Assembly: GCF_000281045.1 (NCBI RefSeq)
Contig: NW_008246130.1
Span: 33,748 to 95,931, forward strand
Direction: 5' to 3'
Length of the DNA stretch: 62,184 nucleotides
Source: Saprolegnia diclina VS20
Lineage: Eukaryota
Shown piece after piece: positions 1 through 12,519 of this stretch. Position 1 is the first letter of the stretch; every line of letters starts with the position of its first letter. Made by a program: the position numbers and the translations under genes. Below the pieces are notes generated by a model that worked only from the letters and a program-made list of their open reading frames with translations, was not told where the DNA came from and made no database searches.

Positions 1-403
1 TGTGTGCCCTGATCCCTTCTGTACACAAGCGTCGTTCTTCTCGTACGTCGATGACGCTCAATCGACTCCAATCATGCTGTGTTGTTGCTTCTTTTTGGCC
101 GTAGAATGCGCACTACGCCAGTTCTCCAGGCGTACAAGAAATTAACGTCGACAACCGCCTCGGCATACGGTACCGTACAAGACAACAACCATGCTGTGTC
201 GCTAGTAATACCAAGTCACCCACGACTAGCGCGTCAAGCCTGAGGCAGCAACGTTGTTTTGTTTTGTGATTCTAATCCAACGAGTATAGTACGCATCGCG
301 GGGTCGGACTCTTCGTGGCGCTCAGGCTCGACGCTCGATGGCCTGTTCTTAAGCACAACGACGTCAGCTCTGGGACGAGAGCGATCTTTCGAAATCCCTC
401 GTT

Positions 404-1754
404 TCAAACAGCTTCTACTTCAGCGTCGTCTTCAACGTAAAAGAGGACAATGACCGCACCCTACATATGCACCGGTGAGAAATGGTATAGTCCAACATTC
501 CAACTGTCGTACGACGGCAATCAAAAGTGCCATGGCGCCAAAGTAGGGCAAGCCAATCACAAGGGCCGAGTACCCAGGATCCGCGTCCAGTTGCCGCGTG
601 AGCAGCGCCAACAACGCGACGGGCGCGCCGACGCAAACAATCAGCAAGGTGAGGCCGCCACACGCCAGCAAGTTGGACGATGACGTGTCGTTATCATCGA
701 GCAGAAGAAACATCAGAAACCCCTACACAGACACGTCCATGACGGAAATCGGTCAAAAGATGACGTACAAGACCGGCCAGCACAAGGCCTAGTAGCAGCC
801 ATGTGGGTATAAAGACATAGCCCCAGCCAAAGCCGAGGAGCCCGTCCAGTCGAAGTAGCACGAGCGCATACTGGAGCGTGAAGGCGATGCTCACGGCAAA
901 CCAGTCGCTGCACATATCCGCGGCGAGAAGCGACGCCAAGAGCACCGTCCACGGCCATCGAATGACGTCGTCGAGGCGCAGGGCCACGAGAATGTGAAAG
1001 ACGACCAAGCCCATCGTGCTGTAGAGCGTGCCCCTACTCACAAGGTGTTGGAGCTGAACGACAGATGTCTCGGTGATGTACCTTGATAGAAAGGGCTTGG
1101 AGGCCGTGTCAGCGTCGCTCGCATCGTCGTCATTGCTGGCGTCGACGGCCGTATCGTCGCTGGGACTTGCGCCCATCTCGGTGCTAATGACCAGTTCGGT
1201 GGCTTTTTTGTCACTGGCGTTGTCATCCTCGTCGCTCGGGGCAGCGGCCTCGTCATCGGTACCGTGGCTGCTATTGGCCTTCACCTCGATGCTAGCGTCA
1301 AGAACGACGGTGGCGTCGTCGCTGGTCGTATCATCTGTGGTTGGCGACGAAGGCGAGGAATCCGTGATGACAAGCACTAGAAGCAGCAGCACAACGTCCG
1401 TGATCCAAAGCGGCGTCAGCGTTGCGGTCCATGACGCCGTGAGCACGCCGTCGGCCTTGAGACATACGAGAACTTTGCACATAAGTGGCAGCTAGAACAG
1501 GACAGTCGTCGAAGTGTAGTACCTGGCAGAAGCACGAGCGGGACACCGACGACGACCACGAGAAGAACGTAGAGACAGAGTAGGATTCGCAGAACGGGGT
1601 CTGTGCGCAGGCTCGAAGCGACAAAACTGCTCACCGCGACCATATCGAAGACGTCGGTCACCATGTCTTCCACTTGGGTCGTGCCGACGTCCGGCATCGC
1701 CAGCACGGTCGCCATTTGCACTTTGCTGCTCGATTGTGGCAGTGTCGATGCCAT
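404..1754 (-). CDS. TMEM185/Fragile-X-F-like multi-pass membrane protein (copy A), multi-exon
   Basis: ATG 1754 MASTLPQ...LRTDPVLRILLCLYV; intron 1473-1522 joins to VLVCLKADGVLTASWTATLTPLW; repeated L(K/R)LD..I.W.W...L.P.W units; last exon ends TGA at 404; clear paralogs at 31.6 and 33.3 kb. Confidence 0.75.
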
Positions 1755-2007
1755 TGGCCCGATTTCAGCCAATCCTGTGCTCGTGTGAGTTTTTGAATTT
1801 TGATCGACGCCACGACTCTGCCGCTGGAGGCACGACATTCCCTCTCGCCACTTGTATACGTGTCGTGTGGAGCGAGATCGACCGATCTGCGCTGGGCTCG
1901 TGTATTGTCTGGCTAGCATCCACGCGCTCACGCTCGTCAGCGGTCGCCGATGTGGCGTCAAGTGCTGCCACGCGCGTCGTCACTACTTGTTGGTTGAAGG
2001 CGAGTAG

Positions 2008-2442
2008 TTAGTTCGAGGCAGCCAACGCGTCACGCTCGGCAGGCGCGTCGCGCAGTGCTTTTTGGGCGATGGCGGCCTCTTGGGTACACGCAGCGAAGAC
2101 TCGTTTGCTCTGAAATAGCTGGATCTGAACGTATTTGGCGGCTGCATCCGCCGCTGCCATCTCCATTTCGTGCTCTTGTTGACGATTAGCCGGCGTTGCG
2201 ATGGCCACAGCAGCTTCGCGGAGGGCTGTGACTTGCGTAGTGAGGTCGGCAATTGCGTGTCTCTGGTGGCGACTGCTGTTTGCAGCGTCAGAATCGTCTG
2301 AACAGTGTCGAGCAAATGACAGAGCGTGGTGTCGTACGCGTCCTTGGCCGCCGACAAGAGCTTGTAGGCAAAGCCAAGCGTCAAGGTTGTCATCGTGGTA
2401 GATAAGACCATTTTCGTAAATGCGATCGATGAAAGGTACCAT
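2008..2442 (-). CDS. Hypothetical coiled-coil ORF or gene fragment
   Basis: 144-aa ORF with Ala/Glu/Gln-rich helical C-terminus; no recognisable domain; start uncertain. Confidence 0.25.
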   Translation of the reverse strand: MVPFIDRIYENGLIYHDDNLDAWLCLQALVGGQGRVRHHALSFARHCSDDSDAANSSRHQRHAIADLTTQVTALREAAVAIATPANRQQEHEMEMAAADAAAKYVQIQLFQSKRVFAACTQEAAIAQKALRDAPAERDALAASN

Positions 2443-2904
2443 GCTTTTACGCGCGTATACTGGTTGACCGCGACGCCTGGAAAGATTTGACCGACCGTGT
2501 CGTCACGGGCCTCACCCGCGGCCACAAGCGTCGTAGGGCGACGACAGAAGAGCCAGACGAGCCCCCGCGCCGCCGCCTGCGCAGCCACGGACCGGCGAGC
2601 GAATGAAGAAGAAGGAGATTGCTAGTCTCTACGTATGCGAAGTCTTTGTGTAATTATGAAGATAACGCGAAACACGTTCATATATATATACTGGTTTCAT
2701 AATGCCTAGCTCTACAAGGGCTAGGGATCAGATGCGTCGTTGAAGCTGTCGTTGAATGTCTTCACGTGTCGTATCCTTTTCGCTCGAGATTGAGAAGTAT
2801 TGCAACATCCAGTTGGAGCTGTCTGGATTCCAGTGTAGTTACTTGCAACGACATGCCGCAAAAACAGCTACGCATTCGAGAAGATGTGCTACTACTAACC
2901 ACAA

Positions 2905-4629
2905 TTACATGGCGCTCTTGGCGCCAAGCAGCTGGACTAACGATGCAACTGTGGCCTCGAGGCGCGCGACCTGGTCCGTGAGCATCGCGAGCCGCTCGTC
3001 GGACGAGAGCTCGTCCGGTCGAAACCCGAGGCGGCTCTCTTCGGCAGCGCCAAAGACGAGGCTTTGGCCATGGTCCAAATCCACGTCGTCGTCGTCGTCG
3101 TCGTCGCCCATGTAGAGGCCGCGGCTCGACTCGATGAGCGGTGCGACCTCCTGCAGCTCGATGTCGGCGCGCACTGGCAGTGGTAAAAGCCCTTGCGTCT
3201 TCTCACTGCGCAAGACGCACGCGGCGAAGCTCACGAGGGCCTCTCGCTTGGCCTTCTCCATGCGAGCCTCGACGCTTTTTGTCATCATGGCGATGAGGAC
3301 GTTGAGAAGCATGACCATCACGAGCGTCGCGTGGGTGAGCAAGAGCGTGTAGCCAAGCAGGACCGCGCTCGTCGTTGGCAGCTTCGCAAAGTTCGACGCA
3401 TCAAACTGTTGCAGTAGCACCAGGAACGTTTGCAGAAAGCTCTTGGGGAGCGAGTCGTACGCCGAGATCTCGGTCATGCTCTGGAAGAGGAGGTAGTAGG
3501 CAAAGCCAAAGGCGAATTGAAACGGAAGGTAAAATGCGAGAAAACGAGATACGTCGAGAAGCATTGCGCGCATCATCGGAATCAAAAACCCAGCCGTGCC
3601 GTGGACCTCGAGGTACTGGACGCTGAGGGCCCAGAGAAGAAAGGTCAAGACCGTTCCAAGCACAAGCTGAGGGACGTTGCCAGCATCGGGCGTCGCGACG
3701 AGCTGGCCGATCGCATAGCCCGTGACGACAAAGAACGTGGGCATCTGCAGCGCATTAAAGAACGAGCTGTAGTACGTTGCTTCGCTGCGTCCGAGGAGCA
3801 TCAATGCAAACTGACTCAGTACGTCAAAAGGAGCTACGCACGCCCAGTAGGCGCCATGCTGAAGCCAAAGCGGCCAACTGGCGACGTGCACCACGCGTGA
3901 CTCGGCCGGTACCTCCCCAAAGAGCTCGGCGAGCTCAAAGAGCAAGAAGTACGCGCCCGAGAGAAGCAGCGTCACATGGTTGCAAGAGACAAAGGCCGCA
4001 TAATCCGCGACCGCTTCGACCGCCGCGGTGTTGGCGTAGAGGCCGCCGGCAACGACGGCGCAGACGCTGGTCGTGACAAAACACCAGAGCTCCTTGCGAC
4101 GATACGTAAAGAAGCGGCACGCGAGAAGACTCAGCAGCAGTGATAACATCGCGACGGCCCATATTGACGGGAAACGGATCGGTTGGGCGTCGCGCGTAGC
4201 TCGTCGCCACGGAGAGCGTCATCGAGAGCAAGAGCACACCGTACATGAGGAGCTGCTCGAGATACATGCGCATGCCAAACGCCTAGCCGACACGTCAGCG
4301 CGAGGCGAGCAAAGCAAGCGTACCTCCCACTTCATTTGAATCACAGTGCGCATGACTGCGTGCTCGAGAAGGGCCTTGGCCTCCTCGCGACTTCCGGTGA
4401 GCGGGCCCTCGAGGATACGGTAGAGCGGCGTCGATCGAAGCTGCGTCTCGCCGTACACTTGCCGGATCTAGGCGCGAGCATGGCACAACATGGAAGATGC
4501 ATGCTATAGTACCTCGGCTTCGTGCCCAATGCACTTGGTCAGCTCCGCCTTGGCCTTCTCGAGCTTACCGGCCTTGAGCGCAGCGCTGAAGAGGTGTAGG
4601 TCAAAGGCCTTTGCGGGCGATGGCGGCAT
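2905..4629 (-). pseudogene. TRP-like cation channel paralog 1, with an apparent frameshift near 4165
   Basis: Exon 1 MPPSPAKAFDLHLF...ELTKC; exon 2 ...LLEHAVMRTVIQMKWE; exon 3 S1 MYLEQLLMY, then the reading frame changes at ...TDPFPV / IWAVAMLSLL; S6 MLLNVLIAMM; C-terminal coiled coil. Confidence 0.65.
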
Positions 4630-5361
4630 GGCGACGTGTGCAGTCGTTCGACCAAGGTGATCTGTCCATACGAAAGAACACACCGTGCCGCAGAAAAGGC
4701 AACGTCATGTTAGAACAACGTATCTTCTGTTAAAACGGTTTGTATTGAAATATAACAACGTGTTCGAGCTCGTAACGCACTTCTCAATGATGTTATAACG
4801 TTGTTTGCGTGCCATTTCGTCAACAATCCGCACACGTCCATGACGTGGCGCTCGGAGAGAGCTCCACGTAAATAAAATTGTTCCAATACAAATAATGATA
4901 TAGTTTAAAATATATGTATAAAAATGGACCGGTTGAAGGCCACGGCAGTGCTTGACGCCGATCGTCGAAAGACGTCCATCATAACTCGAACAGCTGCTGC
5001 GCACACTCAAGCGCCAAGGGTTTAGCCACAAGGTGACGCTCGCAGAGGTGTTGTCGGACAGAAGCAGCGGCCTCGAACTCAACTTACACGGTACAGTATG
5101 GCCCACATGCAGGCTTTGCTCTACTAATGTTAGGGAGTGAATACACTTTGCTTTGGCTCTCGCAAACCAACTAATTCGAAGAGTCCTTTTTATGGACTCT
5201 TGCATACAACTTGTTGAGGCATATCACGTCGTGGCCCAGACACGCGGCAACGGTGTCGCTTCCGGTACTGTAGATGCCTGCACTCGTTGAACGTACCCAG
5301 CCATTGGCAGCTGGAGCGTCCATTTCGAAGACAGGGCGACGCACTTTTCAATCCTCGCCCG

Positions 5362-6985
5362 ATGACCGACGTCTTCTCGCACGAAGCGTTCCGGCGCAGC
5401 CTCCAGCGCGACTTTGACTTGACGGCCGCGATCGCCGAGCTCAACAAATGCCTCGTCCAGCCACGCCAGGTCTGGACGCGCGACGACATTTCGCCTGTGT
5501 ACCAAGAGTTATGACTAGGTGTTTGAAGTCTACAACGGCCTCGACGATGACGTGAGCCACACGCCGCTCTTCTATATCCTCGACGCCGACCCGCGCGTCC
5601 AGCGCAAGCTGCTTCCTACGCAGCTCTTGCAGCACCCAGTGCTCCGACAAGTGATTGCGATGAAGTGGCAGGTGCGTACTATTTTCTACTCGTATTTTCT
5701 ACGAGTCGGGATGCTGACTATCGACTAGAACTTTGGCCTTCGGCGGTACTCCGAACAACTCGTCATGTACATGCTCTTGCTGCTCTCGATGGGGCTCACG
5801 ACCACCGAGTCGTGCGCACCGACGTTCATCGCCCTCGAGATTGCACTGGGGCTCGTCTACGTGGCGTGCCGAGGCTTGCGCTATCCCACGCGGCACTGCT
5901 TTGCACTCGCGACTGCGTTTGTCGTCGCTCTCGTCATCGTCACGCTCCCGCCGGTGCTTGAGGCCCACGCCTCCCGCGCCGCACTTGCCACCATGACGCA
6001 CCTCGTGCTGCTTTTCTCGGCGCTCTATTTTGCCATCTTTGAGCTTAACGAGATGTTTGCTGAAGTCGATCCGACCAACCGCGAACTCGACTTGGGCTGC
6101 GCGAGCCCGATGCTCAAGAAGGTTCTCTACTATGCGATTTTTTGCCCTCTCTCGGTCGTCGTGCAATTTGCGTTGTTGCTCTGCGGCGCGAGCGACGCCA
6201 AGTATTTTGCGGCCTCGGATTTCAACAAGTTGCAGCTGCCGGCGTTTGTGGCCACTTGCGTCGTCGCGGGCTGTGCGCTGCAAGGCACGCATCTGCGTTC
6301 GCTGAGTCTCTCGCTCCAGCTCGTCCTCTGGGTGCTCTCGCTGCAGTATTTTGAAGTCCACGCGGTCCTTGGCGTCTATGTCCACCTCCTCAAGCGCATG
6401 CTGCGCCAAGTGCTCGCGATTCTTGTCCTCTACGTGCCGTGCCACATTGGCTTGACGCTGAGCTACACGCAGCTCTTCCAGCATTCGAACGAACCCGCGT
6501 ACAGCTCATTTGCAGCCTCGAGCCGGTCGACGTACCTGGTGCTCTTTGGCCACTTTGATTACGGGCCGTTTGAGCGCCTTGGCTCGACGCTCGGCTATGC
6601 TCTGCTGCTAACGCATGCCACGATCGTGCTGCTTTTGCTGGGCAATATGCTCGTGGCGACGATGGTCTCGGTGATCGACCAGCCGCTGGCGCAGCAGGAG
6701 GCGCTTGTGAGTCTGGCCGAGTGTGTGCTCAGGAGCGAAAAAGCTGCGGGGCTCGCCCGGCTTGAAGCTATCTCGGTCGAGGACGAGCGTCGCCTTTTGC
6801 TTTTGCGCGTCGACAGCGAGACGTACGTTGCAATTGCGATCGAAGAAGGTCCGTCGCTGCACGACCACGTCGCGTCAATGCGCTCTGAGCTCGCAGACGC
6901 GCGCGCAATGCACGCCGCGTCGCAAGCCACGCTCGAGCAATTGGTGACATTGGTGCAGACATGGAAAAAGGACAAGTCGCCATGA
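5362..6985 (+). CDS. TRP-like cation channel paralog 2 (most divergent), 3 exons
   Basis: MTDVFSHEAF...ELNKC; intron; LLQHPVLRQVIAMKWQ; intron; NFGLRRYSEQLVMY into the 406-aa ORF; pore LVLFGHFD; S6 LLLGNMLVATM. Confidence 0.8.
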
Positions 6986-7949
6986 AACATGAGTTCTATT
7001 GGGGCATGAATACAAACTACACTGGGATAAATCTCTCCATGCGCAGCTTGCTCCCGACGACCAAGGGCTGGTGCCAGCTCCCACGCATTCAGGCGTACAA
7101 GCTACGTATGCCAAGTCGTCTGTGAGTGAGTTTTTGCTTTTATGATTTCAACGCCAACATGTTGGATTGATTGATGTGGGTTCTAGGTCCAGTATTGCGT
7201 CCACCAGGAGCTCGCAAAGATATCAGTTCTCGCGGCAAGAGGTCGTGTGCGAAATCTGGATCGTAATCTTATTCGACCCCAATTTATCACTTTGCGTATT
7301 TTGAAAGCCTTCCACTACCTACATGGTAGATCGTGAATCAATACTAGAATGACTGGACCGGTAGCCGCAGTCAACATGGCGACTGGTGCGCACGAGGATG
7401 CCTTTATTGGACCACACTTGCTGGACTTTGGCCAATGTTTGAGTATCGTTTCAGCAGCCGTCGAACATCCTCCTTGGTTATTATCCACGGACCAGTCGAC
7501 TGAGATTCAAGTCACGGTCTATGCCGCCACTGCGAGTATTCTGCAATCCTACTGAACAACTACGTATTATTTCACTTTAGGACGAGCCCTCGTGTGCAAT
7601 ACAATACGGTGCCCGCCAAGTGGTGACTCGATAAATTGCGACTGGTCGAGTTGATACACTGTTGTTTTTGAAACGGGCGTGACACACATGTTTTACAAGC
7701 TGAAACCGATAGATGTAGACCAAAGGGATAAAGCTATTGTATATATACTACCTGGATAGAGTAAAATTCACTCACTGCTGCTTCAGACCATTAAATCGTA
7801 GAAACGTAGACAAGGTGGTGGTGCAACTGTTGCTGTTCAGCTTTGTGTGGCTGCCATGAAGTTGATAAGTTCATCTGCGATCATTTCCTGGACACGATTG
7901 TGAAGAGCGACATCCTAACGTTGGAGTCACTTTTCCTTTAGCGACGAGC

Positions 7950-9684
7950 ATGAGCCAAGCCATTCCCGGCGCACCACACCAAGAGTTTGATCTCCACAAG
8001 CTGAAGTCCTACGCCGCGCAAGGCTTCGTGCGCAAGGCGACCAAAGAGCTCAACAAGTGTGTCATCGCCGACGACAAGCTCCAGCGCGGCGACGACCAGA
8101 ATCCGAACCGCGGGTTTCATTATGCCTTGGTACGCCAAACGATCCTCTCTTCTCTGCGCGACCGCTCTCATGCGTCGACGAAATTGAATAGCTGCGCGAG
8201 GTGTACGGCAACACCGGCGACGCGGTAAAGGACACCGTCCTTTTCTCGATCCTGCCCCAGGTGGAGTCCAAGGAGCTCCTCAACCACAAGGTGATGGGAC
8301 GTGTCCTAGCGATCAAGTGGCAGGTAGGAGTCTCGTCTTGTTTTCGCAACTCATCTCGTTGTAGACTTTTGCCTGCTGCATGAACTTGCAACAGATCATG
8401 CTCTACCTCTTGCTGCTGATGACGCTGACGCTTTCCGTGACGATGGACCTCGGCGATGGCGAGTCGCCCACCTTCCACACGCAGCTGCTCGTTTGGCTCA
8501 ACGTCGGCGTCGCCCTTGTGCTTGGGCTTATCGCAACCAGTTACTTTCACTACGCGAACCGCAAGCTCTGGGCCGTCAAGACCATCGGCGTCATCGGTCT
8601 CGTGCTCCTTGCGCTCAATTTCTGCGCCGATTCCATCGCTGCGCACGTCAACTGGATTTGGTTCGTGCGCTGCAACAACGTCGTGCTAACGCCCACGGCG
8701 CTCTTCTTTATCCGCTTTGAGATCAGTGAGCTCTACGGCGAGATCGTCAAGAAGCGTGACACACAACATCTCCACGTCGTTGAGATTGCTCTCGAAGCCA
8801 CCATCGATTTTTTCCTCAGCTTTTTCGGCCGCAACGCGTCGCACTACTTCAACTCGTTCTTCAACAAGGTCCAGCTCCCGACCTTCGTCGCGATCCTCGT
8901 CTTTGTCATCACCGAGACCTTTTACCCGTGCGGTGACGACGTCCGCTTGTACTTTGGCATCATCATCACGTTCGCGGCATGGTCGACCAGTATCCAGTAC
9001 CTCGAGATCCACGGCACGGCCGGGTACCTCATCTCGCTCATGACGTTCATGCTCAACGACGTCGTCAAGTTCATGGCCTTCTACCTCCCGTTCCAGTGCG
9101 CGTATGCGATTTCTTACTACCTCTTGTTTGAAGGCCGCGGCGTCGACGCCTACGCGACCATCGCCCACAGCTTTGTGACCACGTTCCTCGTCATGCTCGG
9201 CCAGATCGAACTCGAACCGTTCGAGAACCTCCCGGCGCCGGGCCCATATGTACTGGGCTACACGCTCCTCCTGACGCACGCGACGCTTGTGATTGTCATG
9301 CTCCTCAACGTCCTCATTGCGATGCTCAACAAGTCGATGGACAAGGTCATGGAGAAGGCCAAGCTCGAGGTCCGCGTGAGTTTCGCCGAGTGCATCCTCC
9401 GGAACGAGAAGGTCTACGGGCTTCGCCCGATGCCCGAGCAAGATCCGTGCGCAGCTTTGGCGGCCGAAGAAACGCGTCATCTGCTGCATGGTTCCCACGG
9501 TGGCGCAGAAATAGTCGAGGTGGACGATGCCGAGCAAAACAAGGCCGATTTTACGACGCTCCCAGATGACGTGGCCACGCTTTGCAAGCGTCTGGATGAA
9601 TCCGAGAAGCATAACGCACGTCTCGAGGCTATGCTGCAGGACATTATGCTCCACTTGAACATCGCGCCTCGTGCCACAGCGTAA
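7950..9684 (+). CDS. TRP-like cation channel paralog 3, 3 exons
   Basis: ELNKC exon; ELLNHKVMGRVLAIKWQ; 434-aa ORF with FNKVQLP (S3), QYLEIHGTAGY (S4 and linker), SFVTTFLVMLGQIE (pore), MLLNVLIAML (S6). Confidence 0.85.
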
Positions 9685-9991
9685 AGTTTTCGAATCAGAA
9701 ATTAGTGTTGCTGGCGTAGTTCACGTGGGCCTTTGCATATGCACCTGCTCTCCTTTGCGTAATTGCAATTCGCATATTCTTATAGCTTTAGTACAATCAG
9801 AGAGGCTCAACGCAATCCAACCACAAACGGACGGCCACGGAAGCATCCAACGGACGGCTGTCAATGGCCAGGTGATAGCTACTCGTCGTGCCAGTGACAC
9901 GTCTAACACATATCATAACAGCTTTGTGGATGTTATAACACGCAGCTGCGCCGGACAGGCCGATTTGGGTCATTTCGCCTTTGCAGCCAGG

Positions 9992-11775
9992 ATGGCGACA
10001 CCGTCGGCGACACCCGTCAACAAGAATGCGTTCAACGCGACGGTCTTTGAGAAGGCGATCACGGGCAAAAAGCTGCGCCTCGCGGTCGCAACGGCCGAGC
10101 TCGACAAGTGCATCGACAACGAGCACGAGGTTGACTCCACTGCGCATGGCGATCGTCGTCTCACTCATATGACTATGCTATCTTTGCGAGTAGCTGCGTC
10201 AAGTCTACGGCGTTTTGGGCGAAACGGGCTTGAACGAGACACCGCTCTTTCTCGTCCTCCAGAGCCCGCAATACAAGAACCGAGACGAAGCCAAGCAGCT
10301 TCTCGAGCACCCGGTCATGCGCAAGGTCATCATGCTCAAGTGGAAGGTATGCCATTCTTCTTCTTGCCTCGGCTTATCTCTCGACCTAGATATTCGGGAT
10401 GCGCATGTACATGGAGCAAGCGCTCATGTATCTCTTGCTGCTCATGACGCTGACGCTGTCCGTCTCGATGGACGTGAGCGACGACGACGCGTTTCCCGCG
10501 CAGCTCTCGGTGTGGCTCTACATTGGGCTCGGCCTCATCACCGCGCTGGTCGCGACCTTCTTCTTCTTCAAGTACGCGTACCGCGCCTTGTGGTGGACGT
10601 GCGTCACAGGCCTCATTTTGCTCGAGTGGCTCTTCACACGCACGGTGCTGAGCCCGTTCCTGCACGCCCATGTCGCCTGGCCAGCGTTTGTGTACGTCAA
10701 CAACGTGCTTTTGGCGATCGTCGGCATCTACTTTCTCCGCTTTGAGCTCAACGAGATGTTTGGCGAGCTCAGCGAGAGGCACCGCGAGTTTGACTGCGGC
10801 ATCGAGTCGCTTTCGCCGCGTCTCAAGAAGCTCTTGTACTACGTCGTCTTTGCGCCCTTCATGGTCATCGCGCAGTTCCTCCTTATGCTGCTCGGGCACG
10901 TTGAAGCCAACTATTACCAGTCCGACTTCAACAAGGTGCAGCTGCCAACATTCATCGTACTCGTCGTGTACGCGGTCGCCGAGCTCATAATGCCCTTCAA
11001 GGCCGACGCGCGGCTGTGCGTCGGCATTGGCCTGACCTTCCTCACGTGGGCGCTGAGTGTGCAGTACCTCGAGGTGCATGGCACGGCCGGCTACTTGATC
11101 CCGATGATGAAGCGCATGCTGCATGACGTGTACCGCTTCATGGCCTTCTACGTTCCGTTCCAGTGCGCCTATGCGTTTGCGTACTACCTCCTCTTCCAAG
11201 ACCACGAAAACGCGGAGGGCTACGACACGATTCCCAAGAGCTTTGTGACCACGTTCCTCGTCATGCTCGGGCAGATCGAGACCGGTCCGTTTGACGAGCT
11301 CACCGACGCGACGCAGTATGTATTGGGCTACACGCTGCTGCTGACGCACGCGACGCTCGTGATCGTCATGCTCCTCAACGTGCTCGTTGCCATGATGACC
11401 AAAAGCGTCGACGGCGGCATGGAGAAGGCCAAGCGCGAGGCCCTCGTGAGCTTCGCCGAGTGCATCTTGCGCAGTGAGAAGACGACGGGCCTCATGCCGC
11501 TACCCGAGAATGCGCTGCCCAAGCGCAAGCTCACAGAGCTCGAACCGCTCGTCGTTGTGGGCGATGCGCCCATGTACCTCGAAGCCGCCTCGTCCAAAGA
11601 CTTGAGCGACGACGTGGAAGACGACGGCCTCGGCTTCAAACCCGACGACAAGTCGAGCGACGAACTCGTCGAGGAGCTCACGGCGGAAGTTGCCGGCCTC
11701 AAGGACGAGCTCGCCGAGATGCGCCGTGACATGCAAGAGATGCTGCAGCTCCTCAAAACCATGAGCCACCCGTAG
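9992..11775 (+). CDS. TRP-like cation channel paralog 4, 3 exons
   Basis: MATPSATP...ELDKC; LLEHPVMRKVIMLKWK; IFGMRMYMEQ into the 458-aa ORF; pore VMLGQIETG; S6 MLLNVLVAMM; coiled-coil tail. Confidence 0.85.
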
Positions 11776-12519
11776 CTTGATCGTAGAGTAAGATACGTGC
11801 TTCACCCCGTCATCGTTTCTAAATGCTGGCTGCATATGCGCTGTAATCGGCTCACGCATGCAGCTGGAGCATGACGCACTGCTGCTGGCGGCCGGCATGG
11901 GCGGTCGAGGTAGCAAGCTGGGGTAGCTGGGTACTAGCCGCCTGGATAGCCGCTACTGCCAAGCTTCTGCGGGTGAGCTGCAGGTATCCAGGTAGCAAGG
12001 GCGATCGAGGTACTTGCAACCTTCGCGATCTTTTGGCCTTCGAAAGTATCCTCGAGAACACCCTTCTTGTGCAAGATATTTAACGCGTTTAAACATGCAT
12101 ATGGTGCCAACGCGCTAAAGCCACCACTACGCCATTCGAGGGTTCCCAGCTTTGCGGTGCCCAAGCTGGCAATGCCTCACCAGCTGCACACAACACGGAT
12201 GCTGGCGCCTTGTCCGCCGGTGACATCCATCAATTCTTTTGAATACAACCTAACGACAACTGGTCAGCTGCGACGTCCAACTGCAAGACTCGGACCATGG
12301 ATCGAACGAGCTTTCGCGAGCTTCACACCGTGAGCCCAAGACAAGCCACTGCATCGAGTACTAACAACCCCTGATTCAAGCCTTTTGCATGCAGCAGTGC
12401 GTGTGCTTGAGAAGGCGGCCGCCCTTTTTAATAAAACGCTCGATGCCCCTTGAACCTACTTTAACCTGTTGACGGCCACAAAAACGCAATGCAAATCTTT
12501 TGACAGTGTGCAATTTGCG

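Noticed and set aside
1..400. Possible 3' end of an upstream gene
   Set aside because: Splice-like sites are present but no recognisable peptide
8686..11349. Long antisense ORFs over the channel genes (322 and 337 aa; also 37482-38816)
   Set aside because: Mirror frames produced by GC3-rich codon bias; no motifs
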